A stretch of 64,000 nucleotides of DNA from the human T2T-CHM13v2.0 reference genome, Homo sapiens. Every line of letters begins with the position of its first letter. Positions within the stretch are counted from its first letter, which is position 1. The position numbers and the translations under genes were made by a program. The stretch is taken from the NCBI RefSeq assembly GCF_009914755.1, contig NC_060941.1; one strand, 5' to 3'. The notes under the pieces were generated by a model. The model made no database searches. It was not told the origin of the DNA and saw only the letters and a list, made by a program, of their open reading frames with translations. Positions 1-64,000 of the stretch are shown one piece after another.

Positions 1-61
1 TATGTGTTTGTATATGTGGGTGGGTATGGAGACACCCAATATACGTATATACATATATACT

Positions 62-722
62 CTGTCAGTTATTTATCAGTTATATATTGCTATGTAACAT
101 ATTACCCATACACACAATTTTAGTTTTTCGTAGAGACAGGGTATCCCTATATTCTCAAGGCTGGTGTCTAACTCCTGGGCTCAAGCGATCCTCCTGACTC
201 AGCCTCCCAAAGTGCTGGGATTACAGGCGTAAGCCACTGTGCCCAGCCTCCCCCAAATTTAAAATAATTATTGTCTCATAGTTACTGTGGGTCAGGAATT
301 TGGGAGTGGTTTAACTGTTTGGATCTGGCTCAGGGTCGCTCATGGGAGTGGCATCCAGATGTTGGCCAGGGCTGCAGTTATCTGGAGGCTTGACTGGGGC
401 CAGGACCTCTACTTCCAAGATGGCTTGTTCACGTTTGGCAAATTAGTGCTGGCTCTTGGCAAGATAACTCAGTTCCAGACAATGTGGATTTCTCTGTAGT
501 TCTGTGTGAGGGTCCTCATAACACAGCAGTTTCTGCCAGAAGCAGTGACCAAGAGAAAGAGCAGGGTGAAAACCACAGTGTCTTTCATGACTTAGCTTCC
601 AGAGTCAGTCTCAGTCATTTCTGCAGTATCCTACTGATTACACAGGTCAGCCTTACTCAGCATCGTAGGGGATGCACAAGGATGTAAATATCGGGGGTGA
701 GAATCACAGGGGACCATCTTAG
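62..722 (-). mobile_element. MaLR (MLT1-family) LTR relic interrupted by an Alu monomer (about 117-248)
   Basis: tctcatagttactgtgggtcaggaatttggg...ttccaagatggc MLT1-like motifs. Confidence 0.65.
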
Positions 723-759
723 AGACACGTGTACATACATATAGAAGTATTTTAACCTA

Positions 760-1760
<1,001 letters not shown>

Positions 1761-1893
1761 TTACTGTATTGTAGCATTTATTTACTTAGCTGTGTATGGT
1801 AGACCTAGTGCCATCTCAGACATGTAGATCTATATCATCATTTTGAATGGTTCCATTTTGTTTCACTGTGGTGATATTGCATCATTTACTTAG

Positions 1894-2836
<943 letters not shown>

Positions 2837-2844
2837 TTTATTGA

Positions 2845-4421
<1,577 letters not shown>

Positions 4422-4591
4422 CTACAGTGTAGACTGAAACATTTTTTTCTGGTTTGTTGCTGCAATTTGCATTTCTGTGATGAGACTGAGGCTGAACACT
4501 TTTCTATAGATTTCTTGGCCATGCAAACCTTTTGAGCGTGGTGGTGATTCTACGTATGGATGGAAATTATTGCATTTCTTCTGCCTTCCAG

Positions 4592-13390
<8,799 letters not shown>

Positions 13391-13685
13391 GAAACAGCAG
13401 CCTAGCAACACCCTCACCTGCTTCAGAGCCCGAACCCTCTGGAGCTGCAGGAGCCCGGGAGAGCACAGACGCCTCCCCAGCGACGGCCTTGTCTGGAGCT
13501 CGAAAGCCGAGGGGCGGGTGATGAATCCAGCCCCTTCCCCTACTTTGGGATTGGCTCAGCAATGAGAACCCAGAAAGCATGCCATAAATCCGACAGCCCC
13601 ACCCCAGGAGACTGCAGGTGGCCGAGCTTGGGCGCCGGGGCCGTGCTTGGTGTGGGGCCATGGAGGGTTCCAGAAGGTCCTGGTG

Positions 13686-13691
13686 AATAAA
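13686..13691 (+). terminator. TEN1: TEN1 polyadenylation signal
   Basis: AATAAA about 300 nt after the stop, followed by GU-rich sequence. Confidence 0.8.
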
Positions 13692-13974
13692 GGCCCAGGG
13701 GGCGTGCTCTTGAAGTGTGCTCGTGGTGCAGCGCCGGCGGGGGCCAGGAGGGGGAGCTGCAACCCAGGCTGTGGGCTGCAGCCTCTCAGGGCTTCTGGTG
13801 AATTCTGGGCCTGGGGCCTCAGGGTAGGGCACCAGGGGCCCAGGGGCTGGGGTGGGGGGCCCAGGATGCAGGGGTCTGCCCCTGGCCAGGCTCTGCCTTC
13901 AGAGGAGGCTGAGCGTCGTCACACGGGCCGGGCCGAGGCCCTGGGCCCTGACCGTGCAGCCTAAGACAGGACTG

Positions 13975-14095
13975 TGGCTTTAAGACCCTCCTGACCCCTG
14001 ACCTCTGCCCCCAGTGGCCCTGGCCCCTGGGCAGCCCTTCCTGGCCGCCATGTGTACCCAGAGCCTGGGACTGGCTGGGCTGGGCAGTGACCCAG
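13975..14095 (+). promoter_or_regulatory. CDK3: Probable CDK3 promoter and first exon ending at donor 14095|14096
   Basis: TATA-like TTTAAG near 13979; donor CCAG|gtggga would pair with acceptor tttcccag|G at 14540; TSS not determinable from sequence. Confidence 0.55.
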
Positions 14096-14412
14096 GTGGG
14101 AAAGGGTGGTCTTGCCCTCTAAGGCCCGGCACAAGTGAGAGGCCTGGGGGTCCATGTTGGGCTGGGCTGGGCGAGGGGTGGTCTCTGACTTCCTGGGGGT
14201 TCTGGCTGGGATGGGCAGGGGGCTGGGTGGGAGAGTGTGGGCCCTGCCCTCCGAGGCCGGGCATGGGCGAGAAGCCTGGGGGTCCTGGCTGAACTGGGCT
14301 GGGTGAAGGGGGCCCCCTGACCCCCTTGGGGTCCGGGCTGGGCTGGGTGAGGGGCGGTTTCCGACCCCCAGCCAGGTTCCCAGGCAGGATGAGCTGGGGT
14401 TGGGGTGGCTAG

Positions 14413-18559
<4,147 letters not shown>

Positions 18560-19112
18560 GAATGTCAAGGCCACACTCAGATCCTTTCTCGAGCAGCTGC
18601 TGCCCCAGCTGCCTCCTACCCATTGCCAAGAGAGGATGCATCTGGGGAGAGCAAAGCACTAAGGAATTCAGCATCAGCCTGCAGAGGGCTGAGTCTGGGT
18701 TAGTCCTGCCCGCAGGTTAGCGAGATCCTGTGTTGTTTTTTGGGTTGGACGGTGCCGTTTCAAAATAGAGGCACAGATGCTCCATGCACGAGGGGTCCCC
18801 GGGCACTGGAACAAGTGCCAAGTTGAAGGCAGGGGGCCTGCCAGAGCTGGGTGTGGGTATTCAGGCCCTCACCTGCCCTGCCTGCAGGGCCAGACCCTGA
18901 GGAAAGGGCGCCCCCTGCTGGTCTTTTTGGATTTAAAATGTTTGGGGGAAGAGTTGAGTTCCAGTTCAGTCCCAAGTTAAACAGGAGGGAGTGAGGGAGA
19001 GGAGAGAGGGCGTTCCCCGGATCCCAGGAGAGCTGGGCTATGACTGCAATAAGGAGTTGTTCCTTCACCTGAGATGTGCTTCTTTTGGTTCATTTCTGGC
19101 TTGACAACAAGA

Positions 19113-19118
19113 AATAAA
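19113..19118 (+). terminator. CDK3: CDK3 polyadenylation signal
   Basis: AATAAA about 550 nt after the stop with downstream U/GU-rich tract. Confidence 0.8.
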
Positions 19119-19272
19119 CGTGGTATGTTCCTGAGTTTTCTGATTGTTCTGCTCACAGGGGACACCTGGGCTTCCTGACAAGGGGAACATTGACACAGGG
19201 CTGGAGACAGCTCTGGCCCAAACTGAGACAGTGGGGAAATGGGCAAGGAGTAGGTGGGGAGACAGGGGCTAG

Positions 19273-19757
<485 letters not shown>

Positions 19758-19995
19758 TCCTTTAGTGATTTTAAGCCATAATCTCTTTCCATGACCTGCC
19801 ACTGCATCCCTGCCCCGCACTCAAGGAGGCACAGCCCTCCGAGGATGCCTGTTTCCCAGGCAGGCAAATTGAGCACGTCCGCCCAGGCAAGGACTTGAGC
19901 AACGCTGTCCTTGCACTCATCCCCCAGACACATGGGTCCTGCACTCTCAAATGTGAATGAATGGGACACCACATGGCACAGGGAGACAGAATTCG

Positions 19996-20001
19996 TTTAT
20001 T
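19996..20001 (-). terminator. EVPL: EVPL polyadenylation signal
   Basis: tttatt on + = AATAAA on -, about 235 nt after the stop. Confidence 0.8.
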
Positions 20002-20233
20002 GGGATCACTGGGTGGAGGTGGAGGAAGAACTGAGTGGCTGCTGTCCTGGTCTGGGGATGGATCAGGCACCAAGGTTAGGGGAGGGAGCCCATCACCATG
20101 TTAGTAAAATAATAAAACAGTGGTTGGACAGAGGGAAGACCCACTGCCTGGGATGAGGCTGCTCTGAGGCAAGAGGTGTACGTATCCTACCTGGCCCAAC
20201 ACACGCACTTCCCCACTGGCTCCTTGGCCCGTG

Positions 20234-40332
<20,099 letters not shown>

Positions 40333-40429
40333 GGTCGTAAAGGCAAGTGCTGGCTCAGGCTGGGCTTGGCTGGCGAAAGACGGCAGGAGGGCAGGTGGGA
40401 GGCAGCGGGCGTCCTCACTGGCTGGTCAG

Positions 40430-40760
40430 CTAAGTCTGGCGAGGTGGGGCGGCTGGGCACTGGGGAAGGGAGTTTCTGGGAGGCCCCTCCTTGCAGGTGA
40501 GGCAGCGGGCGGGCGGCCGGGTCCCAGGCCTGACGCGCATGCACCCACAACGGCCACACTCATGCCTCCTCCTGCACAACCAGTCTGGGAGGAAAGGGCA
40601 CAGCCCTGAGGGCGGGGCCGAGCCTGCCCGACTCCCACAGAAGGTTTGGACTTGTTACACCCACATGCCTAGGGGAGCGCAGCGGCGATCACACCCAGAT
40701 AGGGAAGGAGTTGGGCCAGGACAGACAGGGCTGGAGACAGACGTGCACATGCAGGTGCAG
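40430..40760 (-). promoter_or_regulatory. EVPL: EVPL proximal promoter (TATA-less, GC box, CACCC boxes)
   Basis: GGGCGGGG at 40610-40617, CACCC at 40658 and 40692, degenerate p53/p63-type half sites 40648-40670, immediately upstream of exon 1. Confidence 0.6.
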
Positions 40761-40922
40761 GCTCAGCGGAGAGGCCCCAGCCCCGGAGCTCAGGATTAAT
40801 AAACACCTCCAGCCAGCTCAGAGGACCTGCTGCCAGGCAGGCCCCCACCCACAGCTCTCAATCCCCCAGGAGAGGAGGGGGTGTCCTGCCAGCCCAGGGC
40901 CTGACTCTCTGTTCTCCACTGA

Positions 40923-41209
<287 letters not shown>

Positions 41210-42170
41210 TGATCCACCCGCCTCGGCCTCCCAAAATGCTGGGATCACAGGCATGAGCCACCACGCCTGGCCCCATTTTATAAAGTGTGCACAGTGCAGC
41301 AGCACCAGGGCTGGCTTCAGGCGCCAGTAAGCCTGGGCTCTGGCTGAGGCCCGGGAGCCTGATGCACTTGGCTTTTCCTACCTGCCTCTTCCCCCACCCA
41401 GAAATGGCCCCTGGTGGCTTTTATGAAGTCAGATTGAGTGGCAGACAGTGATGCCAGCTTATTGGTCTTTTCCTCACACTGGGTACCAGGGCTGCTGCCT
41501 TTTCCTTCTGTGGTGGCCCTGAGCGTCTTCAAGAAAGAGGCGATGGCACCCCCCTTTCCAGGCGCTCATTTCACTGGCCCAGCGTAACAGGCCCCTTCTG
41601 CGGGGTGGCGTCGCTTTCCAGGTCATTCCTGAAACCCCCGTGGTTTTAGTGGAAGGAGGGCTTGAGGGGGAGCCAGGGGATGGAACAGACTGACTGGGTG
41701 ACATCACCTGGACATCCTGGCAGGCCTCGCTGAGGACAAAGCACAGCCTGGCAGGAGAGAAAGGTCCCAGCAGACGGGGGAGACCAGGGACCGACGCCTG
41801 ATACTGGCCTCAGGCCCCCATGGGATAGAAAAGTCCTGCGCCCTTTTTGGCTGAATTTCATGGGAAGTCCCTGAACTCGGCCGTGGAGAGGGGATGCAGG
41901 ACACCCCCATTCCTAGAGGTGGAGGAGCTGACAGGGGCAGTAGGGGTGGGGAGGGCAGTGGCAGCCCCTGACAGCAATGAGGAAACAAAGTGGTCTCCAG
42001 TGTCCTTGGCTCCCAGCCCGTGTCTTGAGTGAGATGGCACCAGGGATGACTGGCCACTCAGCCTCTGCCCCAGCCTGCTCCCACTTTATTCCTGGTGACA
42101 CTTGTCTTCTAGCCACTCATTGCACACCTGCAATCAGCTGTCTTCAGAAAGGAGCCGTTTGTGTGAATGA

Positions 42171-42461
<291 letters not shown>

Positions 42462-43089
42462 TGATTCGCCCACCTCAGCCTCCCAAAGTGCTGGGATTAC
42501 AGGCATCAGCCACTGAGCCCGCCTGCTTCACCTTTGAGCTTGGCCCCTCCCTGGGAGGTGGCAGTCATTGGAAGTGGGGCCCTGGGGAGAGGTGTCCAGA
42601 CTCCAGACAGAGAGCAGCCGGGTGAGGCCCCTGAGCTGTGCAGGGGGAGGTGCCCTGGGCGGAGGGCAGCGAGTCTGAGGTCTGGAACACTCGAGCTTCC
42701 TCCCCTCTGCAGAAGCCCTCCAGGAAGGAAATGAGCACTGCAGGGGGCCCTCACACGCCCCGGAGATTAAGGGCTAACTGATTTACTGCAAGAAAAACAA
42801 GAGCTGACTTCCTGGCGTGATCTTCTCATGCTGGATCAAATCAGGCCCCGCTCCTCTGATAAGGGCTGCCAGGCGGCAGGCAGGAACACCCTGAGTCCTG
42901 AGGCGTCCTCTCACGTGGGATGCTCCTGTCAGATGGCAGCAACCCTGGCCCCAGAAGAAAACAGGAGAAAGGACAGGGACACAGAGTGAGGCATGGCTGT
43001 CTTTGTGCTTCACCTCTGGCCTCACCCTTTGGAGAGAAAGGAGCCCTTTATCTAAAAGGTCAAGATGGGGCTGACTGCCTGGGTCAAGA

Positions 43090-43995
<906 letters not shown>

Positions 43996-44089
43996 GCCTG
44001 GAAGTTAGATAGGATGCCCCAACCTTCAACCCTCCTAAGCCCTGGCTTCTGCCATGTCTCTTTGCTTGCAGTTAAAAAAAACTTTCTTT

Positions 44090-45357
<1,268 letters not shown>

Positions 45358-47500
45358 TTAGAGATGAAACGATCCCTGGGGCTGCTCAACCCTCTGCCAG
45401 CCATGACTTTGCGCGGCAGCTTACTCACTCCTTGCGCCTGGAGCGCCACGCTGATGTGGGCAGCTGGCAGCTCACCTGGCCTGGGACCTGAGCAAGAGGC
45501 TTGATCAGACCAAGAACAGTGAGACTCTCGGCTCCAAGACTGCCAGACACAGCTGGGCATATGTGCAGCCCGGCCACAGGGTGGCCACTTGGCATGTGTG
45601 CCAGCAGTTAAGCCCTCTGGTGCCCACTCTCTCCTCCAGCTCCGGGCTCCTGTGGGGAGGCATTCTTCTCCCTGCTGAGGCAGATGGTGGTAATTGCCTC
45701 CTTTGTCCCGGGAGCCGTAAGCTACCAGGCGCCCATGTGTTCCTGATGAGGCGAGGCTTTGCCGTCTCAGGAAATTGCCCTGTTTGTACAAAAGCTCCGC
45801 TGCCAGACCCTTGGACCGAAGTTGAGTAATGACCTCTTCCCTTCACTCCCTTCGCCCACTGAGCAAAGCAGAGGCACCCTCCTCCAGCTGGGCCTAGAGG
45901 AGCACAGTCTGGCGGACTGGGGGTTCAAGGGACCAGCCTCCTTCCGTTGTCTACAGGTATAGGATTGGCGGGTAGAGGCTGTGGCCCAGGAATCTGCAGG
46001 GCCACCAGGAGGAGGCTCTTTTGGCTGTGAGTCTGCCTGGCAAGTCCGATAAAAAGAACTGAAATGCCAAGGTCAGCCTAGAGAGAAGCAAAAGGTGGTA
46101 CAGCTTGCCTAACCAGACAAGAGTGGGGAGGAACAGGTGCTAGTGATTCCTTTTGGGACTTTTACGGGGAAGGTTTAGAGGAAGCAACTACCAAAACTCC
46201 AAAAAACAGAAAACAACCAAATCTTGTGTGTGTTAAGAGAGCAGGCAGGATTCCTCATACTAAATGGCAAGAAAGAGAACATAGAGGGAACCCCTGGAAT
46301 CCTCAAAACCAAGGCTGCCTTAGGGTATCTGTCCCTCCCTCTGAACCATCCCCTTTCCCTGGGAGAAAGGGGACCCACAGCACCAGCCCCAGTTCAGCTG
46401 TAGGACTGATGCTGGTGCAGCCCACTCCCCAGCCCCTGCAGCCATCTCGTGCATGAGCCATCCCTGCATTCCAGAAGTCTGCAGCCCAGCCAGTCTTACT
46501 CAGGAACTGGTAGGCCCAAGGGCTCTGGGCCTCTCTGCCACCTTTAAGATAATAGCTGTCCTTACTAGCTAGGTCCGGGGACCTGCAGCCCTATTTTGGA
46601 GAAGTGCGGATGTGACGGAGGCAGCCAGCTAACTGTCCATGCCAAGATAATGACCTGCGTTGCCGCTTGAGAAAATGTCCCACCGGCTGCACCACAGCAG
46701 CAGGGGTCTGGTGGCATCTGGCACTGTTCACTGTTCAGAGGGAGAAAAAGGTTTATAAAACAGACAAACATGAAAACGAAGGAACAAGAAGTTCTCATAG
46801 CTGCCTGATTTGTCTCTATTGTCAGGAAGCTGGAAAGGGGAGGTTAAACCACCCAGCACAGACAGCAGCTAGTCAGACCCAAACTATTGTCTGAATGGCA
46901 TTGCATAGACTTAGGAGGACTTCCTGGGAAGGGGAAGACAAGGACGCAGGCTGGCTGAGTGGAAGGCTCTCTCAGCTATGTGTACCCATCGACTCAGGGT
47001 ACAGCAGCCCACACTGTCTTGGGGTCTGGGCTCAGAACATTTTGGGGGAACCTCCTCACTGTCTCCTCCCAGCAACTTTGAGACGCAGCCGCCCCTGTTG
47101 TACAGGAGCTGGAGTGTGCTCAGAGGCAATGGACTAGTCAGTGTGGGGCAGGGATCCAGGAGCTCGGAGGACCCTGGGCACCTGCTCTCTCTGCCTCACA
47201 CCTCTTCTTAGGCAGCATGGGAGGCACTGCCTGGTGAGGCCTTTGCACAGCCACGTCTGTCTCCATTCCACAGATGAGCCGCAGCTAACGTTACTCAGCT
47301 TTCACTGGCCCAGGTACCTGCCCGTCATAGCTGGATTGCTAGGTCAGAAGATCCCTGGGGAAGCACTTTGGGGGGCCGAAGCTGCGGATCACCTGAGGTC
47401 AGGAGTTCGAGACCAGCCTATCCAACTTGGTGAAACCTCGTCTCTACTAAAAATACAAAAATTAGCTGAGCATGGTGGCACATGCCTGTAATCCCAGCTA

Positions 47501-47711
<211 letters not shown>

Positions 47712-48581
47712 CTATCTACTGTGTGCAACCCGCACAGCCTGCCACCCCAGCTGGCCCTGGGCGGTGCCCCCAGCCACAGCCCCTCCCAGGTCCTCCTCCC
47801 AAGTGTCTCTAACATCTAACAGAATAACAGGTTGGATTCTTCCAGTTGGTGTTGTCAGGATGCAGGCAATTTCCAATTTATTCTCTTTGCTTTGGAACAT
47901 CGATAAATTTTACAGCTAAATCTGCTTTCCATCTCCTCTGTAGCAACAACTGTCTTCAAACAAAAAATTAGAACCAACACATATTTTTGCTATCTTTGGA
48001 TATTTTCCTAGACCTCTAAATGTCCCAGGCTTTTCAAGGCTGCAGACAGAATTGTGCTGTTTAGAATTCTGTGATCAGTTGGCTTTTTTGTGTGTGACTA
48101 ACGACACCTCGTATGTGAAAAATTAGCGCTGCCACAGCGATGACAGTGAACAGAGCACAGTCCCACCCTCAAAGCCCCTGGCGTTGGCCTTCCTCTCCTA
48201 GAGGGGGTGAAGCCTCTGCCTCAGCTTTTGGGAGGAAAGTCCTGGCTCTGGCCCAGAGCCGCTATGGGTTGAGGATGGCCTGTCATCACAGGCTGTCACC
48301 TTGTGCTTGTGGTGACAGGCTCAGGTTGCCACCAGGGGAAGGGGTCGGAACCAAGCCCAGCACCGTTTCATTTCAAAGAGGGAATCCAAGAGTTCTCACT
48401 GATTTAATGTAAAACCAGAGAGGAGACAGCAAATCCAAACAACATTCGGGAAGAGAGGAACAGGCCAGGAGACCCAGCAGCAAAGGCCAGTGCCATCCTC
48501 AGCCACCTCGTGCTCCTGACCCTCACCCAGCAGGCCTGGTGGGGCTTGCCTGGAACAGAGAATAGAAACTATGATCACATA

Positions 48582-49999
<1,418 letters not shown>

Positions 50000-50503
50000 T
50001 TATGTAAACACCTGCTTTTAATACTAAACAGCATCACTGGCCGTTAACAGCCAATGCTGCTCAGAGCGCCTGGCAGGAGCACCGGGAGGAATGGAATTTG
50101 TAGTGTGGCCGTGAGACAAAGCATTAGGCAACCTGAGAAGGAAAAGGTGCAGTTGGGATTCGCCTCCATCTCTAGTTTATAGGTCCTGGGTCCCCACTGA
50201 GGCCAGCACTCTAGAGTGGGAGGGGCTGGGAGGGCTGTGGGAAGGACAAAGGGACATCTTCCAGGAGGATGAGCGGTTCCCCATGCCCGTCCCCCTCACG
50301 ATGCTGCAGGCAACGGCCTGAGACTGCAGCACAGCAGGGCCTGCAATTGGGTTCTTGGAGCTGGAGGACAGCGTGGCTGTCAGCACAGAGACGAGACAAG
50401 GGAGGTGCAGAATCTTGGCCCATGGCCCTGGGAGGAGGATGAGGACATGGATGAAGACCCCCTAACCCCCAAATCGTGGTTCCTCAGCCCGCAGGGACGC
50501 TGA

Positions 50504-50773
<270 letters not shown>

Positions 50774-50988
50774 TAAAAAAAAAAACCCCAGCTTCCTGAG
50801 GCTCTCCAACCCAAAACAAACCCCGGGGGATCAGGGCCTCTCTGCGAGCATCTCAAGGTTCTAAGCCACAACACAATTCTAACAAGAAGCCTGATTTGTG
50901 TCTCACCATCCTTTCTAGCTCTTATAGCCTTCCCTCCCTGCAACTTACTGGGAAAACAAAAGGCACAGCCAAGCCCACAGTGGCATTC

Positions 50989-51746
50989 TAAAACCACCTT
51001 TACAAAAATTCTAACGGTGAGATTATTAGAGTGAAAAAGGTCTAGCCTAACCCACTCCATCTTGCTTCTAACCTCCAAGCTGTCCTTGTTCATTCCTGGG
51101 AATAAGCCGAACTCACTTTGGGAGAAGCTTACAGTTTACTGTTTAACTTTGAAACAAAGATGGTAACAGCACTTTCCGGAAATAAACCCCCTTCTTGCCT
51201 GGGGCCCAGACTGCCTTTGTAGGACTAACGAATTAGCCACAAAAATTGAAATTATGGTTTAGGAGTCATGCAGCCAGAGGCCCAAGATTCTGAACCTTCC
51301 CAGTTGCTCCTAGGGATGACATCACTGTTGTAAAACCTAAGAATGGTGCTCGAGATATTTTTCAGACCCTGCACTTTATGGATCAGCTGGCACCATCCAT
51401 CCAAACTGGCTCATCTGGTCTTGTAGCCCCCACCCAGGAAACCGACTCAGCACAAGAGGCCAGCTTCAACTCCCTATGACTTCATCTCCAACTCCCTGAC
51501 TTCATCTCCAACTCCCTATGACTTCATCTCCAACCTGACCAATCAGCACTCCCCATTTCCTGACCCCCTACCCACCAAATTATCCTTAAAATTCCCAGTC
51601 TCTGAATTTTCAGGGAGACCAATGTGAGTAATAAACTCCAGTCTCCTGTTTAGACGGCTGTGTGTGAACTAAACTCTCTATTGCAATTCCTGTTTCCATG
51701 AATCAACTCCATCTGGGCAGCGGGCAAGAACCCTCGGGGGGTTACA
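50989..51746 (+). mobile_element. Solo ERV1 LTR, LTR8 family (LTR8A/B-like)
   Basis: Starts TAAAACCACCTTT (TGAAACCGCCTTT-like), contains ccatcttgcttctaacctccaagctgtccttgttcattcctggg, ends ggttaCA; flanks attc/atgc resemble a 4-bp TSD; family by recall of consensus. Confidence 0.8.
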
Positions 51747-51932
51747 ATGCCATCCTGAAACAATGCTCTTGGATTTTTAACCAGTCAGCCTTTTCTTCAA
51801 GCCACTGGGTTTGCTCAAAAACGGAAAACATCTAAGCCAACATTTCTTGTGACGAATTTTCTTTCCTATGTGACAGATGAGTTTTGATTTCCAAAGGGAA
51901 TCGTTAAGTGTCAGGTACATGTTTAAATCACT

Positions 51933-51938
51933 TTTATT
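51933..51938 (-). terminator. SRP68: SRP68 distal poly(A) signal (AATAAA)
   Basis: tttatt on + strand, about 900 nt after the stop. Confidence 0.65.
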
Positions 51939-52251
51939 CCTTGCTTTCTTACATTGTTTTTGTGACTTCTATTATTGATGTTATAATAGAAGTGAAAAGG
52001 GATGACTAAGGAAAAACGGGGGGTAACGAAGGGGATTAAAATATAATGGCATCTAAAAATTACACATTGGGAAGTCCTGAAAAATAGTGCCTCTAACATG
52101 TGTATCTGGCATCAGCCTCACCTAGTTGCCGGTAAGTCAGGTTACACTTGACCTCACCGGCTTCACGCAACTAGGCTCCCGAGGAGAGAACGGGGACTGG
52201 ACATGAGGGAGGGCATATAAGAAATGGGCACAGTCTCCGTCATCTTTGCCT

Positions 52252-52257
52252 TTTAAT
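52252..52257 (-). terminator. SRP68: SRP68 proximal poly(A) signal (ATTAAA)
   Basis: tttaat on + strand, about 580 nt after the stop. Confidence 0.55.
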
Positions 52258-52836
52258 ATAAGATTTGGTTTCATCATTTCTGAGTGTAACATATTTCTTC
52301 TAAAAATAGAGCTCTCTGCTTGTCTGAAACTTCTTAGCGTTCACTGGGAGGTGAAGGGGAATAAGGCTGACCGTAATTCTGGGGTGACGTTGCCAGTTTC
52401 ATAGTCATAGATAAACTTCTCAAGGGCTCCTGGATGCTCACAGCAAGGATGAGTTCATTTCAAATCCATGGTACTGAAGAAGCATGACAAAGCGTTTCAA
52501 GGCCCCATCTGTGCCTGGTGTGGACTCCTGAACGCATTACTGACCAAAGGCAATCAATCACAGCTCACAGGGCACCAGACAGCAGCGGCCCCTTTCCCAG
52601 GAGGTACAGGAGACAGGATGACCCTGCACACATTTACCAGAAGACAACAGGGTGCTCTCCTGACACGCTGCTTAAGAACGTGTACAGACACAAGATGTAG
52701 GAATGCAGGGCCGAAGATGTTAAACTCTTGCCCCGGGCCAATGCAGACCTGGATTTAATATCATGGAACTTGCTGGGATTTTCTCACAATACAGATTAAG
52801 AGTCAGAATCTCCCCCGCCCCCGAGGAAGAGCCTGG

Positions 52837-63659
<10,823 letters not shown>

Positions 63660-64000
63660 CTAAACAAGGGCAGATCAAAGTAAGAGACTTTCCTTTGAGC
63701 AAACCATAGTCACCTAATGGGAGAGGAGCAAAATCGCACATGGAGTCCCCCAACCACACACTCACTCACGCACGCCACACCAGATATCATTTTAATTGTT
63801 ACTGTTCTCTACCATATAATGGTTTCTCATAGCCTTAGTCATTCATTATTCATATGGAAAGGGGAGTTCTATTTTTAAAAGCAAACATGCTGAAAAAGCT
63901 GTCTGCATAACTGATCTGAGACTTAGCAAAGGCTTTACGTCTCTTCCCAGCACAGCTTCCTGCTACTTCCCTGCAGCGCTTCACCCTCTGCTCAGGACCT

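Overview
Human (primate) genomic DNA, GC-rich and very Alu-dense, recognisable as the TEN1-CDK3-EVPL-SRP68 locus (17q25.1 by recall). It holds the last two coding exons of TEN1 (+), the complete CDK3 gene (+; 7 coding exons, 918 nt, 305 aa), the complete EVPL/envoplakin gene (-; 22 exons, 6102 nt, 2033 aa) and the last 8 coding exons of SRP68 (-). All exon boundaries were read by hand as GT-AG with consistent phases. The rest is Alus, an LTR8-family solo LTR, MaLR, MER, MIR and LINE relics, and a 15-bp minisatellite in EVPL intron 9. Most ORFs in the supplied track are Alu or antisense artefacts. I see no new gene or RNA system. The best leads are cryptic isoform and regulatory features: (1) a GCCGCC-context upstream ATG that splices in frame to give a 20-aa N-terminally extended CDK3; (2) an in-frame +22-aa alternative donor at EVPL exon 13; (3) a stop-introducing competing acceptor at EVPL exon 10 beside the minisatellite; (4) a triplicated CRE-like motif inside the LTR. 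Repeat family names and boundaries are by eye and approximate.
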